Below are positions 37,801 to 52,770 of a stretch of DNA of 64,000 bases, one piece after another (the stretch's first letter is position 1; each line of letters opens with the position of its first letter). Source of the DNA: Gnetum montanum (taxonomy: Eukaryota; Plantae; Gnetophyta); NCBI GenBank assembly GCA_015680685.1, contig MNCI01002249.1, positions 1-64,000 of the forward strand, written 5' to 3'. A program made the translations under genes and the position numbers. Below the pieces are notes generated by a model, which did no database searches, was not told the origin of the DNA, and saw nothing but the letters and a program-made list of their open reading frames with translations.

Positions 37801-38480
37801 CTGAGTCATTTAGGGTTGAGAGACATGCACTGTGTGAACGTAAGGTTGAGCTAGCATTATTACTATGCATAGAGATGATTGGCCAGGTTGCAACAATGAC
37901 ACAAAGGAAAAGTTAACAAGAGTTTGTGCATCTTGACATGTATGTTGCTTCTAGTGTGTCGCTATCATAAGCGTTGACCTGGAAGGTGACACCAGGGTTA
38001 TGATTGTCTCAAGAAAGATAGGTGAACAGGATTGTGGGAGAGCTAGACTAGGGCTCATCTGTTAGAAAATAGTATGGAAGGAGTCCTCGTGCTTAGAATA
38101 AGCTTCAAACTCATCTTGTTTTTCCTATAGGAGTTCTTCATAGTCTATTCCTACTTCACATTCACTTGTTCAGATGAGCTAGGCAAGTATCCAATGGTAC
38201 AATTCCATGAGTGGAATGAAGTCGACTAAGGACAAGATATACTCCTATTCATTTTGGTGGATAAGCTCATAGCCCCATTTTACTTTGATGTCCAAGAAAT
38301 CTACAAATATTCTTGCTTGGATCTTTGTGCATATGAAGTTATATTGTTCATCGTTCAACGCAGTATACCCTAGGTCTTGGCCACATAGCCTTATGGATTA
38401 CCTTGGCTCTACCATAACAGAATTGGCAAGGTGGTCAATCCTATTTTCTTGTTGGATGGGCAAGATGGCTAGTGTGCTTA
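34860..38480 (-). pseudogene. gag-protease pseudogene of C
   Basis: ORFs 37243-37470 (FTKYNGEGDPHTYL...ALDWY), 36298-36783 (Zn-knuckle region) and 35035-35484 (HIDDNVVINII...FNLVLGKPWL) are homologous to D's gag-PR. Confidence 0.88.
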
Positions 38481-38943
38481 GGATTGATGTTGAAGGTTAT
38501 TCAAAACTCATGTGTGTGAATTAATTTGCAAGAGGGGATTGTAGGGATTGTTAGTACAAAAAATGGCTACCTTTGCTGGTTGCAGAAAATGGCTAACTCT
38601 GATTACTGCAAAAAATGGCTAACTTTGGTGATTATGCTCTCTATGCTAAGAGCTAACTATGCTCTCTATGCTAAGAGCCAACTACACTCTACTAAGCATA
38701 CAAAATTTGGCTAACTGTGGAAACATGTGTTGCTATGCAAGCTTTCGAAGGAACCAATTATTGGGTCCAATCTACATCAACTAGTTAGTAGATGATGCCT
38801 ACATTGGCCTAAGATCTAGCTACTATTGCACATGTAGCAAGTCCACAAGGGTTTCATGATCTATTCTAACCCAAAGCTAGCAATGGTGATGTAGAGAGCA
38901 CACAAGACAACTATAATAAAGACTAAAGAGGAAAATGTTTTGA

Positions 38944-38960
38944 CCCTCCTTCTACTACCA
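38944..38960 (-). promoter_or_regulatory. PBS of C (tRNA-Asn type)
   Basis: Reverse complement TGGTAGTAGAAGGAGGG next to the LTR; same type as D. Confidence 0.8.
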
Positions 38961-38966
38961 AAAAAC

Positions 38967-40863
38967 TATTGTAACTGAAAATGTTGATGGCTAGAATACC
39001 GAGAGGTCCACAAGCACACAACCTAACCCCATGTCCATGCAAGGGCCTACTAGAGTTAGAGATGGGATGTCATAAATGATCTTATCAATCAAATAGGGAC
39101 TTATCGGATGTAACTAGGATGTAATGTGGTTAGCTATGATGCTAATGAAAAATGATGCTAAGTGTTCGCACGATGTCCATGGTGTTAATGGGGTCAAGCA
39201 TAGTTAGATCTTTGGCAAAAAAACAAGGATGTCAACATGTGAGTGCCACCACCCAAGCATAGTTTTAGATGCAACTATGTAATAAAATAGCAAAAAATGC
39301 AAATAAAATGCTAAAAATGCAAGGAAAGACAGAGATGAAAAAATAGAACACCAACCCAAATGTGGTTGAGCATTGTTAACACCAAGAGGGGTTAGAAGGT
39401 ATGTTGTGTACAACAAGCATAGTGGACAGCGTAGTCATAGCCTTGGGGGTGTCTAGCCATGAAGATTGACACTCCACCATGGTGTCTATGCCTACCAAGT
39501 TAGCTACTATAATGTGCAGTGGACTACAGTGTCCTGCGGTTAGCTATGGTGGTATGCAACTACCTCTCTCTAGTTTGCTAGTGTGTCTTTGGTTTTTTGT
39601 CTACCCAAATGCCAAAATGCTCAAATTTTCCAACCTACTCCAAATTTGCCCATCCCTAAAATGTTGAGGGTGAGGGTATTTATAGGGCTAGGTTTAGCGT
39701 GAAATGCGGCATGGTTTCCATGTGGCAGAGGGAATAGTTGGGACTATGTTCTCCACTAGGTTAGTGGGATCGAGCATAGTTACAATTTTGGGCAAGAGGG
39801 GATGTAAGAGAGAGAAATATTCTACCAACTATGCTCACCAAGGATGAGTTGACTATGTTGGTGTGCTATTGTTGTGTTCTGGAGGCCACCAGAGGCTATT
39901 CTAGTTGACCATGCTTTCCACTAAGGGCTAACTACACTCTGGGGTAGTGAAGAGCATAGTCCTAGGACTTAAAAAAATTTGCAAAAAACTTGCTTCCTAC
40001 TGACTACGCTCTAGGTTGGGGGAGAGGGTATTCTCAATGCTAGTGGAATTTGGGCTTTTTCGCAAACTACGGTCCCCACGATAGGCTAACTACAATCCCA
40101 AATGGGGATGAGAATAGTCCAAGACTTGCCAAAATTTGTGAAAAGCTACCTTTTTACTAACTATTCTCTCCATTGGAGGCTGACTACACTCTGGAGTAGT
40201 GGAGAGCATAGTCTCAACACTTAGAAAAAATTACAAAAAATTAGGTTTGAGCTAACTACTCTCCCCACAAGAGGCTAGCTACACTCTGTGATAGTGGAGA
40301 GAGTAGTCCCAACACTTAGAAAAATTTGCTAAAAAATGGCCTTCATGTAGACTATGCTCTAGGGTAGTGGAGAGTGTAGTCCTAGCACTTAGAAAAATTT
40401 GCAACAATTGGGTTTGTGTTGACACTTAGAAAAAATTGCAAGCCTAACCTTCATGTTGACTATGCTCTCTACTAAGCTGACTACACTTTGCAGTAGTGGA
40501 GAGCATAGTCCTAGCACTTAGAAAAATTTGCAGCAACTAGCTTTGTGTTAACACTTAGAAAAAATTTCAAACCTAGCCTTCATGTTGACTACACTCTCTA
40601 CTGAGCTAACTACACTCTGAGGCAATGGAGAGCATAGTCCCAACACTTAGAAAAATTTGCAATAACTGGCTTTGTGTTGACACTTTAAAAAAATTACAAA
40701 CCTGGCCTTCATGTTGACTATGCTCTCTACTAAGCTAACTATGCTCTAGGGTAGTGGAGAGCGTAGTCCCAACACTTAGAAAAATTTGCAGAAAATGGCC
40801 TCATGCTGATACTTCGACAAATTTGTAGTCAAGATGTCATAGTCCAAATTTGATGGTGTTTCA
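38967..40863 (-). repeat. 5' LTR of C (~1.9 kb)
   Basis: Homologous to 11577-13465; 129-bp subrepeats starting at ~40381, 40510, 40639, 40768. Confidence 0.9.
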
Positions 40864-41561
40864 AAAAGCTCCTGCGTTTCCAAAAATTTGTACTTTATAA
40901 AGGTGTCTTGGTATCTTATTCATTAAGGTCTTCTTATGAGTACTAGTGTTCAATGCATGGGAATTTTTTCTCCTCAATATTCTCTTTGTTGAAGTGAAGA
41001 CACATTTTCTTGAATGTTTTTTTAAGTATATTGTTAAATATCATACATGGAATTGAATATTTAGAATTTGTAACTATCAACCAAATATTATTGATTTCAT
41101 ACTTGGTGATCTACCTACTTTATCTACTTTCTCTCTCTACATTTGAAAGTATCTTGGGCTACTTCTTTTCTATTTAAGTTGGAAGCCTTAATGTGTATTT
41201 ATTTTCCATTAGTAAGAGCATAACTATGATAATTTTTTCAAGAGTTAAATATCATATTCTCAAAGATATGGCCTTTTAGTTAGACTTTCAAGAAAAAAAA
41301 TTTAAGTCAAGTAATTTATCTTCTACAATATTAATTTATTTTGGCTTTGGAGGCTTAAGTTGAAATATTTTCACCTTGTATTACTATTTGTTCATTATTA
41401 TTATTTTTGGCATTTTCTTTTGTTTTTAGAAAGAGTTTTCTCCTTCTATTTACAAGAAACCTTCTAGTAAGAAGTGAAACTTTGTGAGGACATTTCTTCT
41501 CAATAAGGATAAGGCTACATCTTTTTCTACCTCTGAGGGAAATTTTTTCAAGATTGTTGAT

Positions 41562-44500
41562 TAATAAATCCTACAATGGGCTATGTCAACAAGCATGCAT
41601 CAATGCATCCCTATCAACACATGGGTTGAGGTGTTGACGTAGTATCTGTCTCTACTTATATAAATGCATATACCCACTCCATTTATGGCATCATTAAGTC
41701 AATAGAGTACCCAAGTTCTTGCAGTTTTCTTCTATCAGAGTTAAAATATTTTCTAAGTGCCTACAATAGGACTTCAAGGATTATATGGATCCTTATTTAA
41801 ACATCAATTTACCTAAACACTTTGATGTGTTAGCAATAAAAAGGACATTCTTGGAACTCCTTGTAGCACAAAAATTGATTAATATTTACTTTCATACTTT
41901 TTATTATTCATGCATCTTACATTCATATTCTTAGTTAATTAATACACTTAATAATCCAACATAACTATGACTAGCTTGAACATACTGTTAACACTTGGTA
42001 ATCCTAGTGGTGTTATCGCTTGGTTCGCCCAGCAGCCTAAGGGGCTACCCACCACTCATCATTGGTGCCATTTTCAACAATTTTAGTTAGCTAAGTGCGC
42101 TACATAGAAAAGATTGTGGAATTATCTAAGAATGTTGTAAAAGGATACCTAAAGAAAAACATTAAAAATAGAACATTAACAATGCACACTATTTTTGAGA
42201 AATCATTAGTATGGCTTCTTCTCGCAAGGAAGATTCTCCATCTTCATTTGTAAGGAGATTCACTCAAAGGTAAGAAGGCCAAAATACACAAGTGTCCCAA
42301 AAAATCAAAGTTTTCTATATCCATCTAGATGCTTACACTCTAGATTTTACTTTCATCCTACATCAAAACTAGTAGTTGTATGAAGGAACATGGAAGATAG
42401 CATTGTGTTGCCTCCTAAACAAGTTGTTCCAATAATGTTGTTAAACAATCTCATCAAGTTGGGCATTATCAAGCTCAATGCAAAGTATGAAGTTCATGAC
42501 CATGCTTATCAAGATTATCATCCCATAGAAGCACAATGAAAGAAAAATTAGCAAATGCAAGCTTGATATGAGGCTTCAAAAGGAAAATGGCTTCCAAACC
42601 ACTTATCCTACAAATCCACAAGAAGATGAGAACTTATTTTTAGGTGCCTCCCAATACAAAGATTCTCCTCCCCTCTTAGAGGAGGAGACCCTTAACTAGT
42701 GGTTACAATCAACTTTGGATAACCATGGTAATGGGAAGAATGGATCTCAAGATTAGGGGGCCTCAAAAGATGGTAACTACTGTAAGAGCAATGGTAAGAA
42801 CCAAGAGAAAGTTGAACATGGTGATTGGGATAGGAACAGAAGAAGAGAAGGCAATAGGTATTGTTCTAGTGCTAGTTCTCCTCCCTCTTCACCTTCATTA
42901 TCATCCTCATCGTCTTCCTCCTCCAACTCTAACAAAAGAAGTAGAGGTAATAGAAATCATGATGAAGATGGACAACAAGATAGGGATGATCATAGATCCC
43001 ACTAAGATAACACAAATCATGGGTATGCACAATTTGGGAAAGAACATCATAGAGAATAAGGGCATAGTAAAACTCATCATGGGGATCATAGCCATGATAG
43101 GGGTTACAAAAATAATCATGACTATGATGAGCCCTCGTTGGCTACCAAGAACATGTTAAACATTTTAGAGCCTATTAGGATATGAACTAGGAACTTCAAG
43201 GATAGCCACATTAAATGGTTGGATATGATATGAATAATATATCCAAGTTTAAGGGGGATATAATTTAGATTCACAAAATCACCTGCAAGCCTTTAATGAT
43301 GCCTATGCCTTACAAAATGTTAAAAAAATGGCAAAAGCTAAAACTATTCCCAAGGAAACTCATCAAAGAAGTAGAGAGCTAGTATTAATCCTTGGAACTG
43401 TAATCTATTTGGCAACAGAATATGATGCTAGAGCTATTCAATGATAAGTACCAAACATACCCTAGGATTTTCAATTTGAGGAGGCAAATCCAAGGGTAAA
43501 AACAAGGCACTCATGAATCCTTAAAATGTGGCTATGGGTAGGTACTACTCTTTGTTGCATCACTACCCAAGCCATGAATACTCTTAGCAGGATCAGCTAT
43601 GCCATATCATAGGTGGGATTAGAACTAAAACAAGAAGAACCCTTGAGGTCTATGCCCAAGGAATACTTTCTAAGCTAATGGTCCATTAGATTCAAAGGCT
43701 CATTAAGAAAGTGGGTAAAGAGAAAGGAGACTTGAAAAATGAGGAAGTGCATAAGAATATAACAAGGACCCCTTCATCTACAAGAGGGAGATTAGTTTCT
43801 ATGAGAATGATGAAGAGGCATGACTTAATGAAGTGGTGCAAAAGAAAACCTTACCAATCCAAAAATCTATTAATGAAATATTAGTTAAGGTTGATAAAAT
43901 GGGGGACTCCTTTGATGAGAAATTTCAAACTACTCTGAAGATTACAGAGGAAAGTAGAAATCAAGTAGGTAGTGGTCATGAGAAAAAGAAGAAGACAGAG
44001 GCAAAACATAAACATCATAAAGATAAGGGCAAAGCTACAGTAGTAGATGAGATTGTAGATTCCAAATTTGATGATGATGGATGTGACATCTATCAATACA
44101 AACATTCCAAAGGCTATTGTCCCATGGTGTCACACTTACAAGAATCTAGGATGTATACTTCAAATCCTAGATTGGAAAAATAGTAAGCACCTAGGAGGTT
44201 GCCTTATCCACAAGGAAACTATTAGCAACAATTCCACCAACAAGCTTACTATCTAAGTGGAGCACCACCACAACCTCAAGAATAACACTAGTAGTGGAAA
44301 CACCCATAGTTGTGGGGGATGCCACCTCCAAGGTAACAGTATCCTTATTACCAACTAAATCCATATGGGTACTACATTCAGTAGCCCATCTCTCCACATG
44401 ACTCTTCTAGTCATGCTTCCTTTCCACATCACTATTACCCTCTTCAATACTATAGATCATCTTCACTAAAGGAGGAGTCCTCATTTCCCTATTATCCTCC

Positions 44501-47500
44501 TCAATACTCTTCCACTCATGCAGCTCCACCTTCAACTCCTCTACCACTTGCTTCATCCATGTAGCATGAGATAGCTAGCCAGCCATAGCAAAGGAATGCT
44601 ACAAGGGTCATAAACTTATAGCTAGCTCCTTAGTTGAGTAGTTTTGAATCCAATCCTTACAAAGGGTCATTCTTTAGAACCGATAGTTCCATAAAGCTCT
44701 CACAAACATCTATGGATATTAACCCTGCTACTTCCACCTCTAAAATTGCTATCAATCAATCTTTGATGCTCCCTAGTTGCACACTATCATGTTGACCCAT
44801 GTAGTCCTAAATTGGATTAAGGCTAGCCATCTTCCCAGGAAGAGATCTAATCCTAGGAATCCTCTTATCTATTTACATATTGCCAAAAATGAACCATGTA
44901 AGGCTCTTTTAGACTCAGGTTCTAGATTTAACAAGATTTTGCAAGAAATTTACAAAGCTTGAAACCTTCCCTCCTTAAAAAAAGCAACATCAAACTGGAG
45001 CTGGTAGACTAATCCATCACTATTTCTTTAGGATCGATGGAAGATATCATGATCACCATTTGTGGGTCCATGTGGAAAACAATAAATGGGACTTCTATCA
45101 TCATGGGAAGAGCATGGCTAAGCACTATAGATGCAAGGTTGTGGATCATAGACATTTTCTTGAAAATTTCTAAGAAAAATGAATTTGTTCAATTTGAGAA
45201 GAAGAGAGTTCCATGGATCACATACAATGACACAGGGTGCCATTGCATGTACAAATTATGGACTGTCAAGAGCACATCACTTTAAGCATGCAATCAATGT
45301 GCAAATGGCATAGAGGTTCAAAGATGCTTATACATAGAAACCACTAAATAGGAGGATACTCAGTGGTTGATAGCTAAAAATGAGTCTAGATTAACAATGT
45401 GCATGGAACCGACTAAGAGCCTCAAACATTCATATGTGGGAAGCATGGGTAAGCTAGAGTACATCCATCACCAACTTTCTAATGAACAAAGCAAAATCAA
45501 TTGGGGAGAGTTGGATATCCCTAAAACTTTTAAGCAAGAGCCCCTTGAATTAAAGGCTCTACTAAAAGGAATGGAGTATGCATTTATAAACAATGGTAAG
45601 TTGGTAATTATTAATGCCACACTTGCTCCTATACAAAAAAAAATTTGTTGGAAGCTATCAACAAATGGCCAACGACCTTTGCATGGTCATATCATGAGTT
45701 AATAGGAATTGATCCAAAGATATGCTAGCATAGAATTTATACAAATTCCTCCATTAAACCAAAGAGATAGCCAAAAAATGCATGAATCCAAAACTCAAGC
45801 AAATTGCCAAGGAGGACATTAAACAAGTCCTCAAGGCTAGGTTCACTTACCCCATTGCGAATAGCAAGTGGGTTAGCCTACTTGTTATTGTTCCAAAGAA
45901 AAAAGGAAAGTGAAGATTTTGTATAGACTTTTAACTACTGAATATGACCACTTACAAAGATCATTTCCCATTTCCATTTGTGAACCAAGTGCTAGATGCT
46001 ATCATGGGACATTGTTACTATAGCTTTTTGGACAATGTTCACAAGTCCCTAGGGGACTTTTGCATACAAAAAGATGCCCTTTGGCATATGCAATGCTCTA
46101 GCCATATTCCAATTATTGGTCCTTAACATCTTCCAACAACAAATCAATAGTAGGGTAGAAGTCTTCATGGATGACTTCTCTACCTACAGGGTTACCTTTA
46201 AGTAAACCTTAAACCACCTAGAGCAAGTTCTTCAATGATGTGTAGAAACCAACTTACGGTTCAATTGGAAAAAGAGCCACTTGATGCTCCAAGAGGGCAT
46301 TGTCTTAAGGCATTGAATTTCAAATAAAGAGATCAAGGTAGATCCAGAAAAAATAAGGGTTATTTAAGGAATAATGAGATAATCAAAAACTGTAAAGGAT
46401 ATGAGGTCATTCCTTGGCCACATTGGTTACTATAGGTGCTTCATTGAAAACTTCTCAAAGATCCCTAAGCCATTATTGAAACTTACAAAGAAAGATGCAT
46501 CATTCATCTAGACCAAGGAATGTGAGCATGCATTTCAACAACTGAAACAAAAACTCATAGAGACTCTAATTCTACAAGTACCCAATTGGTCCAAACCATT
46601 CTACATCATTATGGATGCATCAAATTATGCCTTGGAAGCCATTCTTACATCAATGGATAATCAGAAACGTCCATACTACATCCCCTATGCAAGCAAAAGC
46701 ATTGTGGCTACACAACTCAACTACACCACCATTGAAAAAGAGCTTATGATAGTGGTGTACACATTTGAAAAATTTAAGAATTATGTGCATGGATACAAAG
46801 TGTTTGTGCACATCAACCACAATGCAATTTTATTCTTGATGAATAAGTTAATGGCGAGCCCTCATGTCATATGGTGGTTGGTGATCCTCTAGGAGTTCAA
46901 TCTAATGATGGTAGACCAAAGGGGAACTGAGAATATGATAGTTGACCACTTGTCTTAGTTACAATGGGACATCAAGGAGGAGGAGATCCCACTATCAGAT
47001 CAATTTCCTAATGAACTCCTCTTTATTAGTGCTATTAATGAGCAAGCTCCTAAAGAAACAAACTAGTATGATAACATCCTCTCCTGTCTACTCACATAGG
47101 AGATGTCACAGAAGTGGGACCATAAGAAGAAACAAAAAATTTTTCATCAGGCCAAACACTTTATGGAAATCAATGACAACCTTTACAAGGTTTGCATGTA
47201 TGGCCTAGTACAATGGTGTGTCCTTGATGCAGATCAACTGCAAGTCCTCTAGGATGCACACAAAGGCCCTTATGGGGACCACTATGCTAGAAGGAGGATG
47301 ACCATTAAGATCCTCATGGTAGGATATTACTGGCCCATGATATTTCAGGATGTTCATCACTTCTTCCATTCCTGTGATAGGTGCGAATGTGATGGAGGGA
47401 TGACCACATGCATAGAAGGACCTCAACAATGGATCCAACCACTAAATCCTTTCAATCTTTGGGGGATTAACTTTATGAGGCCCATCAACACCATGTTAAA

Positions 47501-49750
47501 TAGAAAATCCTACATCATCGTGGTTGTTAACTACTATATCAAATGGGTAGAATCTATGGCCATCACCTATTGTTTATCATTTATGGTGGCCCAATTTCTA
47601 TAATAAAATCTTGTAAATAGGTTTGGTATGCCATAAGCACTAATTTTTGATAATGGGACACACTTTACAAGTGCCACTTTTCAAAAGCTCAAACAATGCT
47701 TGGGGGTTTAATATAAACTAACAACTACTTAGCACCTCCAAACCAATAGCTAAGCTAATGTTACTAATAAGAAAATTATCAAAATACTAACATGAATAGT
47801 TAGTAAATATAGGAAGAACTCAATCAACAAACTCAACAATGCTCTTTGGGCTTATCATTCAATGTGGAAACTTCCTATTGGGTATTTCTCCTATGAGCTC
47901 ATGTATGGAAAGCTTCCAACACTTTCCATCCAAGCTAAACTTCATACACTTTCAATAGCTTATAACCTTAACTTCTACTTAAGTCTAGCCCAAAAATAAA
48001 GACTAATGAATCTCAAATGAAGTGCACAAGGCACATAATAAACAACATCATAACCTTAAGATTCAAAAGGTAAAGTTTCAACCAAGGGATAAGGTGTTCT
48101 ACTAGAACCCCATGCACATGCCTCAACAAACAAAATTTTAAACATTATGGGAGGGCCCTTACATTATATATGAAATCTTTCCATTTGGGGTCATGATGAT
48201 ATACCATCCTGATAGCCAAAGTAAGAAACATTTGATCAACATCCAACAACTAAAACCTTTATGTGAACCAAGAATAACCAGTAGAGATAATGCCTCAACT
48301 AATGACCAAGCACACTCAATATTTTGGATCTCCCCCTTCCAACTCAGTTTTGGGGGAGATGGCCACCCATGTTGATATTATACGAAGTGGCTCCTCAATT
48401 TTTCAACTTTTTTATTTTACATTACTTTTCATATGTTTTTCATTTCCTTGAATATTTTATAATTTTCTCTATATTTTTCCTTATTTGGATTTTCTTATGT
48501 TTCTTCATTTTCTTTATTGTCATTAGGACTTTGATGCCAAAATATAGCTACTAATTAATGATGGATTGTAACTTGCATTATTTACTTTATTGCAAATGAC
48601 TAGATGTCATCTTAAGAATTTTGACATTAATTAATGGGACATTGATTCTTTTCAAGATATCAAGTAGTGAGTTCACATCATGCACCATTAAATTAGGACA
48701 TTGTTTCCTAATTTTGAAAATATGAGGTCCTGTCTTAGTAACAACTTATAATGAATTTATGATGTCAATACTTTCCAAACTTGGGATGAATTAAAAGGAT
48801 GAACAAGGGTGTGGCTTCTAGGGGATTTATCACCTTTTGTACCTACCTACCATCTAGAGTTGCATGAGTATTCCCATGAATTCCTCACCATTCCTACATC
48901 GATCAAATAAAAGGAAATAATTTCTTTGCATGGTGTGGTTCCCATTAGCCAAAAAAATGATGAGAATTCAAAGCATACCCCTTAGACACAATAATAGGCT
49001 ACAAGCACTAGTTATGGGTATAGAAAGACATGTTACCCATGCTTGAAGACATCCCTCTAACTAAGGTCATTTTCACTTCTTACTTCTCTTTTCTTCTTTC
49101 TTTGGAATGGTGAGGGTCGATGGGGATGCTCCTATACCTTAGAGGGTGGAATGGTCTAAATGTGCCAATGTGAAGTTATTGGAAGTGAATGGTCTTGATT
49201 CTAACTAAGGATGGAAGCTATCAAGTCATACTAATCACATCCTCTACAAGGAACTTGATGTGACCAAAATGTGAGACTCCATTTCATACTCTTTCTCTCT
49301 CATCCATCTATTCTTCCCATGTATCACCTCACTACCTCTTCTCATGATTGTATTAATGGGTTCATTTTGAGATGTTCTTAATTCTTTGATGGTTTCTTTG
49401 GTGATTTGAATTTTAATAATACACAACCATTAATCATTCTTGGAGTCCACAAACTCCTTGCTTTGAGGGCATGCAAGGGCATTAAGGGAATGAGCCTACT
49501 ATGGGGAGAACCCACTTGCATACTCCTTGGTTGGGATGGTTTAATTCCTTATCACTTAGGCTTTTCTCTTTCAAAACCTTTGTCTTCCACCTTGGTGCAT
49601 CTAGTTTTTGCATTCCTTGCTAATTAATGTATTAAATCTCATTTCCAAATGTATTCCTATCCCTCTTTAAGCATTTTTCCTTAGTCTAAGCTTTTCTGGC
49701 TTCCTCTAGACCCCAATTTCTTGGAAAAGACTTCTTTTTCTTACTTAGTT
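41562..49750 (+). mobile_element. Element B: older Athila-type element related to A, 3'-truncated (no PPT or adjacent 3' LTR)
   Basis: 5' LTR 41562-42061 (ends CTCATCA; ~350-bp internal deletion relative to 54879-55703); PBS TGGTGCCATT at 42063; internal region colinear with A until ~49700. Confidence 0.88.
42211..48370 (+). pseudogene. gag-pol pseudogene of B
   Basis: KALLDSGSRFN (PR), DHFPFPFVNQVLD (RT), DASNYALEAIL (RH), GYYWPMIFQDVH..CDRC, WGINFM (INT). Confidence 0.92.
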
Positions 49751-51769
49751 TTTGAAGTGTGAAAATGTTGGTTTCTAACTACGTTGATGCATCCTTGTTG
49801 ATGCAGCATAAAAATAGTATAAATATGCAATGGGATTTATAAAAATTTGCACATTTATTTCATAACACTAGGGAAGTTTTTACAATTTTTAGAGCCAAGA
49901 GTCATCTCAAGCCTATAATTTCCTAATGGCTTGTTCGAATCCACTCATTCTTTGACCCTGCAGCTACCAAAGGTGAGCTTTATGTCATGGGGGCCACAAA
50001 CTTGTGGTTTTTGACTAAAAAGTTTTTGAAATTTTTCTAATGCCAAAATGGTTTAATGAATAAAATTCCAAAATCCATGCTTGATGGAATTTTTTAGCCA
50101 ATTTGTAAAGCATATACACTAATGATGTTTATGATCTTATTTCCAAGTACAAGTTTTATGTACATAATTTGATCATCATAGCAATATGCTTATACCACTT
50201 TATTTTTGATACATTGATTAATGATTATGCCCACTTCATTTCAGCAATTTTGTTTTTGCTAGGTAGAAGAGGTTGTAAGCCTAGACTAAATCTTTAACTT
50301 TCTCTTCTTTCCATCTTGTTTCTTAAAGGTAGGTAATGTAGATTCTTCATCTTTTCATGGTATTGGTAATTTTAGAAGTTCTTTTATTATGAGTGTCTAT
50401 ATTCCAAGTTATCATTTGAAATTTTTATTTTTAAACTTGCTTCTTTATCCATACTCATCCCTAATGTGGGAACCCTTAGTTACTTTTCATAACATCCAGA
50501 TGGTAACATTGCACATCATTTTTGGAGGATGTCCTAGTAAGTCCTTGCCCATTTTGCATAGCAAGCAAGCCATATGACTGTTACCCATCACATCTAGAAA
50601 ATTTCCTAGCATCTACAAAATATGAAGAAAAAAAAAACTCATCCATGTGATTTGCCAAAGATTTACAGCTAGTTACAAACGTGATGCTAATCATCCTTTT
50701 GTATATGGGCGTAGACCTAGCATTGGTGGATTTATTAAACAACTAAACTTTTATGAAACTAAAACTAAAATTTTATTACATATGTAGATCCTATGGATTT
50801 GTTGGACACTAGAAATGTATATGCTATGAGTTTTCAAAACATCATTAAGAAAATGACATAATGTTCTTGGTAACATTTGAAATAAATCAACCAAATTTGC
50901 AATGGTAATATCATACTTATAATTAGTGTGCTTAAATGTAGAATATTGTATGAAAATATGGTGTTCATCTTTAATGCTAGTTATATGGTATAATCAACAT
51001 ATTCATTTTTCACAAAGAAATTTTAGCCATCTACAAGTTTTAACTCTTAAATGATAAGATTCAATTCATGTTATAATAATTTTGAATAACAAATGGTGAG
51101 AAATAGGAATAGGTAAATAGTTTACTTTTGAGTTAAGGCCTAATACTATTTAAATATTTTTTTTTCTTTTTATATTTTTCAAAATTTTTAAAATACTATT
51201 TATTTCACTAATTTGTGTACTTAAGGTTAGAATAAAGAATCTGCTCTTAAATATTCCATTTAATAAGTCATAGAACTTTTTTACGAGACCATCCTTTATC
51301 TTTGATTTCCATCATCACTTTTTTGAAGTATATATTCAATGAGAATTTAGAAAGGTTATGAGTGTAGGCTATAAATTGACAAATAATTCTATCTTCTATG
51401 AGCATAATGTCTCCTTCAAGAAGCACAATCTCACATTGTGTCTATCTATTCATTTTAAATTCATCAAGTAGAAAACGCTTCTAAATTTTTTTTATCTATT
51501 TTCAATATTTATTTGCAATATTAGAATCCCATATAATACATCCACAAAGAATAATTGAATGAGCAATGACATGATAAAGTTTCTTTTGGATATTTCAAGC
51601 TAAAATAAATTCCTATTTACATTTACTTTTTAAAGAAAATAAGAGTTTTATACTACTTGCAATTCTTTAAGTAATATACTAATCACATTTGTATTGCATT
51701 GATTTCATTTGTCAATGATAGGTGGCTCAAGTGATTAGCTTGTTATCTTGTTATGTTAGAGGTTACTAG

Positions 51770-52093
51770 TTGAAGGATTAGAGGAAGACTTGGGGTGATT
51801 TCTATTTTAGATAAGTTACAAGAATAGTGGCTTAGATGGTTTGGACATGTTCAAAGAAGATTAGACAATGAGCCTATAAACAGAGATTACTACATCACTA
51901 TTCAAGGAAAGCCACTAAAACAAATAACAAAGAAGAGATGAGAAAAAATGATCAAAGATGATTTGAAGAAATTGCAAATTAACAAAGATCTTACTCTTCA
52001 TAGAGGCAAATGCAAAAAGAAAAAAAGAAAAAAACTCATGTAGCCAACCCCATTTTACTAAAACAAGGCTAGGATGATGATGATAATGATGAT
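51770..52093 (+). mobile_element. 5'-truncated RTE-clade LINE 3' end with (GAT)n tail
   Basis: Decayed translation IRGRLGVISILDKLQE..LRWFGHVQRR...IKDDLKKL...HVANP followed by GATGATGATAATGATGAT. Confidence 0.8.
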
Positions 52094-52770
52094 ACCTTGC
52101 TTTTTAACACCACAAATTTTAACCTCTTAATATTATCATTTCTTTCATATATTGCCTTAAGTGATCACATATTTCTTTAGTTTTCTTTAGGTGCATGATC
52201 TTCAGAATAATCACATGATCCAAGCCACATATGAAAGCAGTGCTTACTTAATCCCATGAGCAACATTGGTAGATCTTGATGGATCCTCTAGAAATAATTT
52301 TCTATATATATCAAACAGAGAAAAATTAGGTTTCCCAAAAAAAATTAATTTTATCAAAAAAAAAAACATTAGATTCATTGAGGAAAATCATATTTCAAAT
52401 ACAACAAATTAAATCCAAAAGCTATTTATTTAAAGTATGATTATACTCGCAATATATATATTATCAAAATTAAATATATAAATATTTAATGTCAATTTGT
52501 TTCTTTTACATTTCCCAATTTAGATTAATGTCTCATTTGTATATCCAATACAATTTCACTTTTCTCAAAGTCTTCAAGTATCAGAGACTTGCGGTGCAGT
52601 AATGGGCAGGCACAAGTTCATTGCCATTCATAAACTTGAGAAAATGAAAACTGCTTTGGAAAATGGAAAATAACTGAATATATCAAAGAATGCTATATTA
52701 AAAAAATAGACAGGCTCTGAAACAAAATTAACCGTCCGATAAGGGCCACTTTACAATGCCAGGAGACAAC

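Larger units (their letters stand above)
11577..40863 (-). mobile_element. Element C: non-autonomous Tat-lineage Ty3/Gypsy element (pol deleted), interrupted by element D
   Basis: LTRs 11577-13465 and 38967-40863; TSD GAAAG (11572-11576)/AAAAG (40864-40868); empty site ttttggaaagctcct at ~54175-54190; PBS on the minus strand at 38944-38960. Confidence 0.92.
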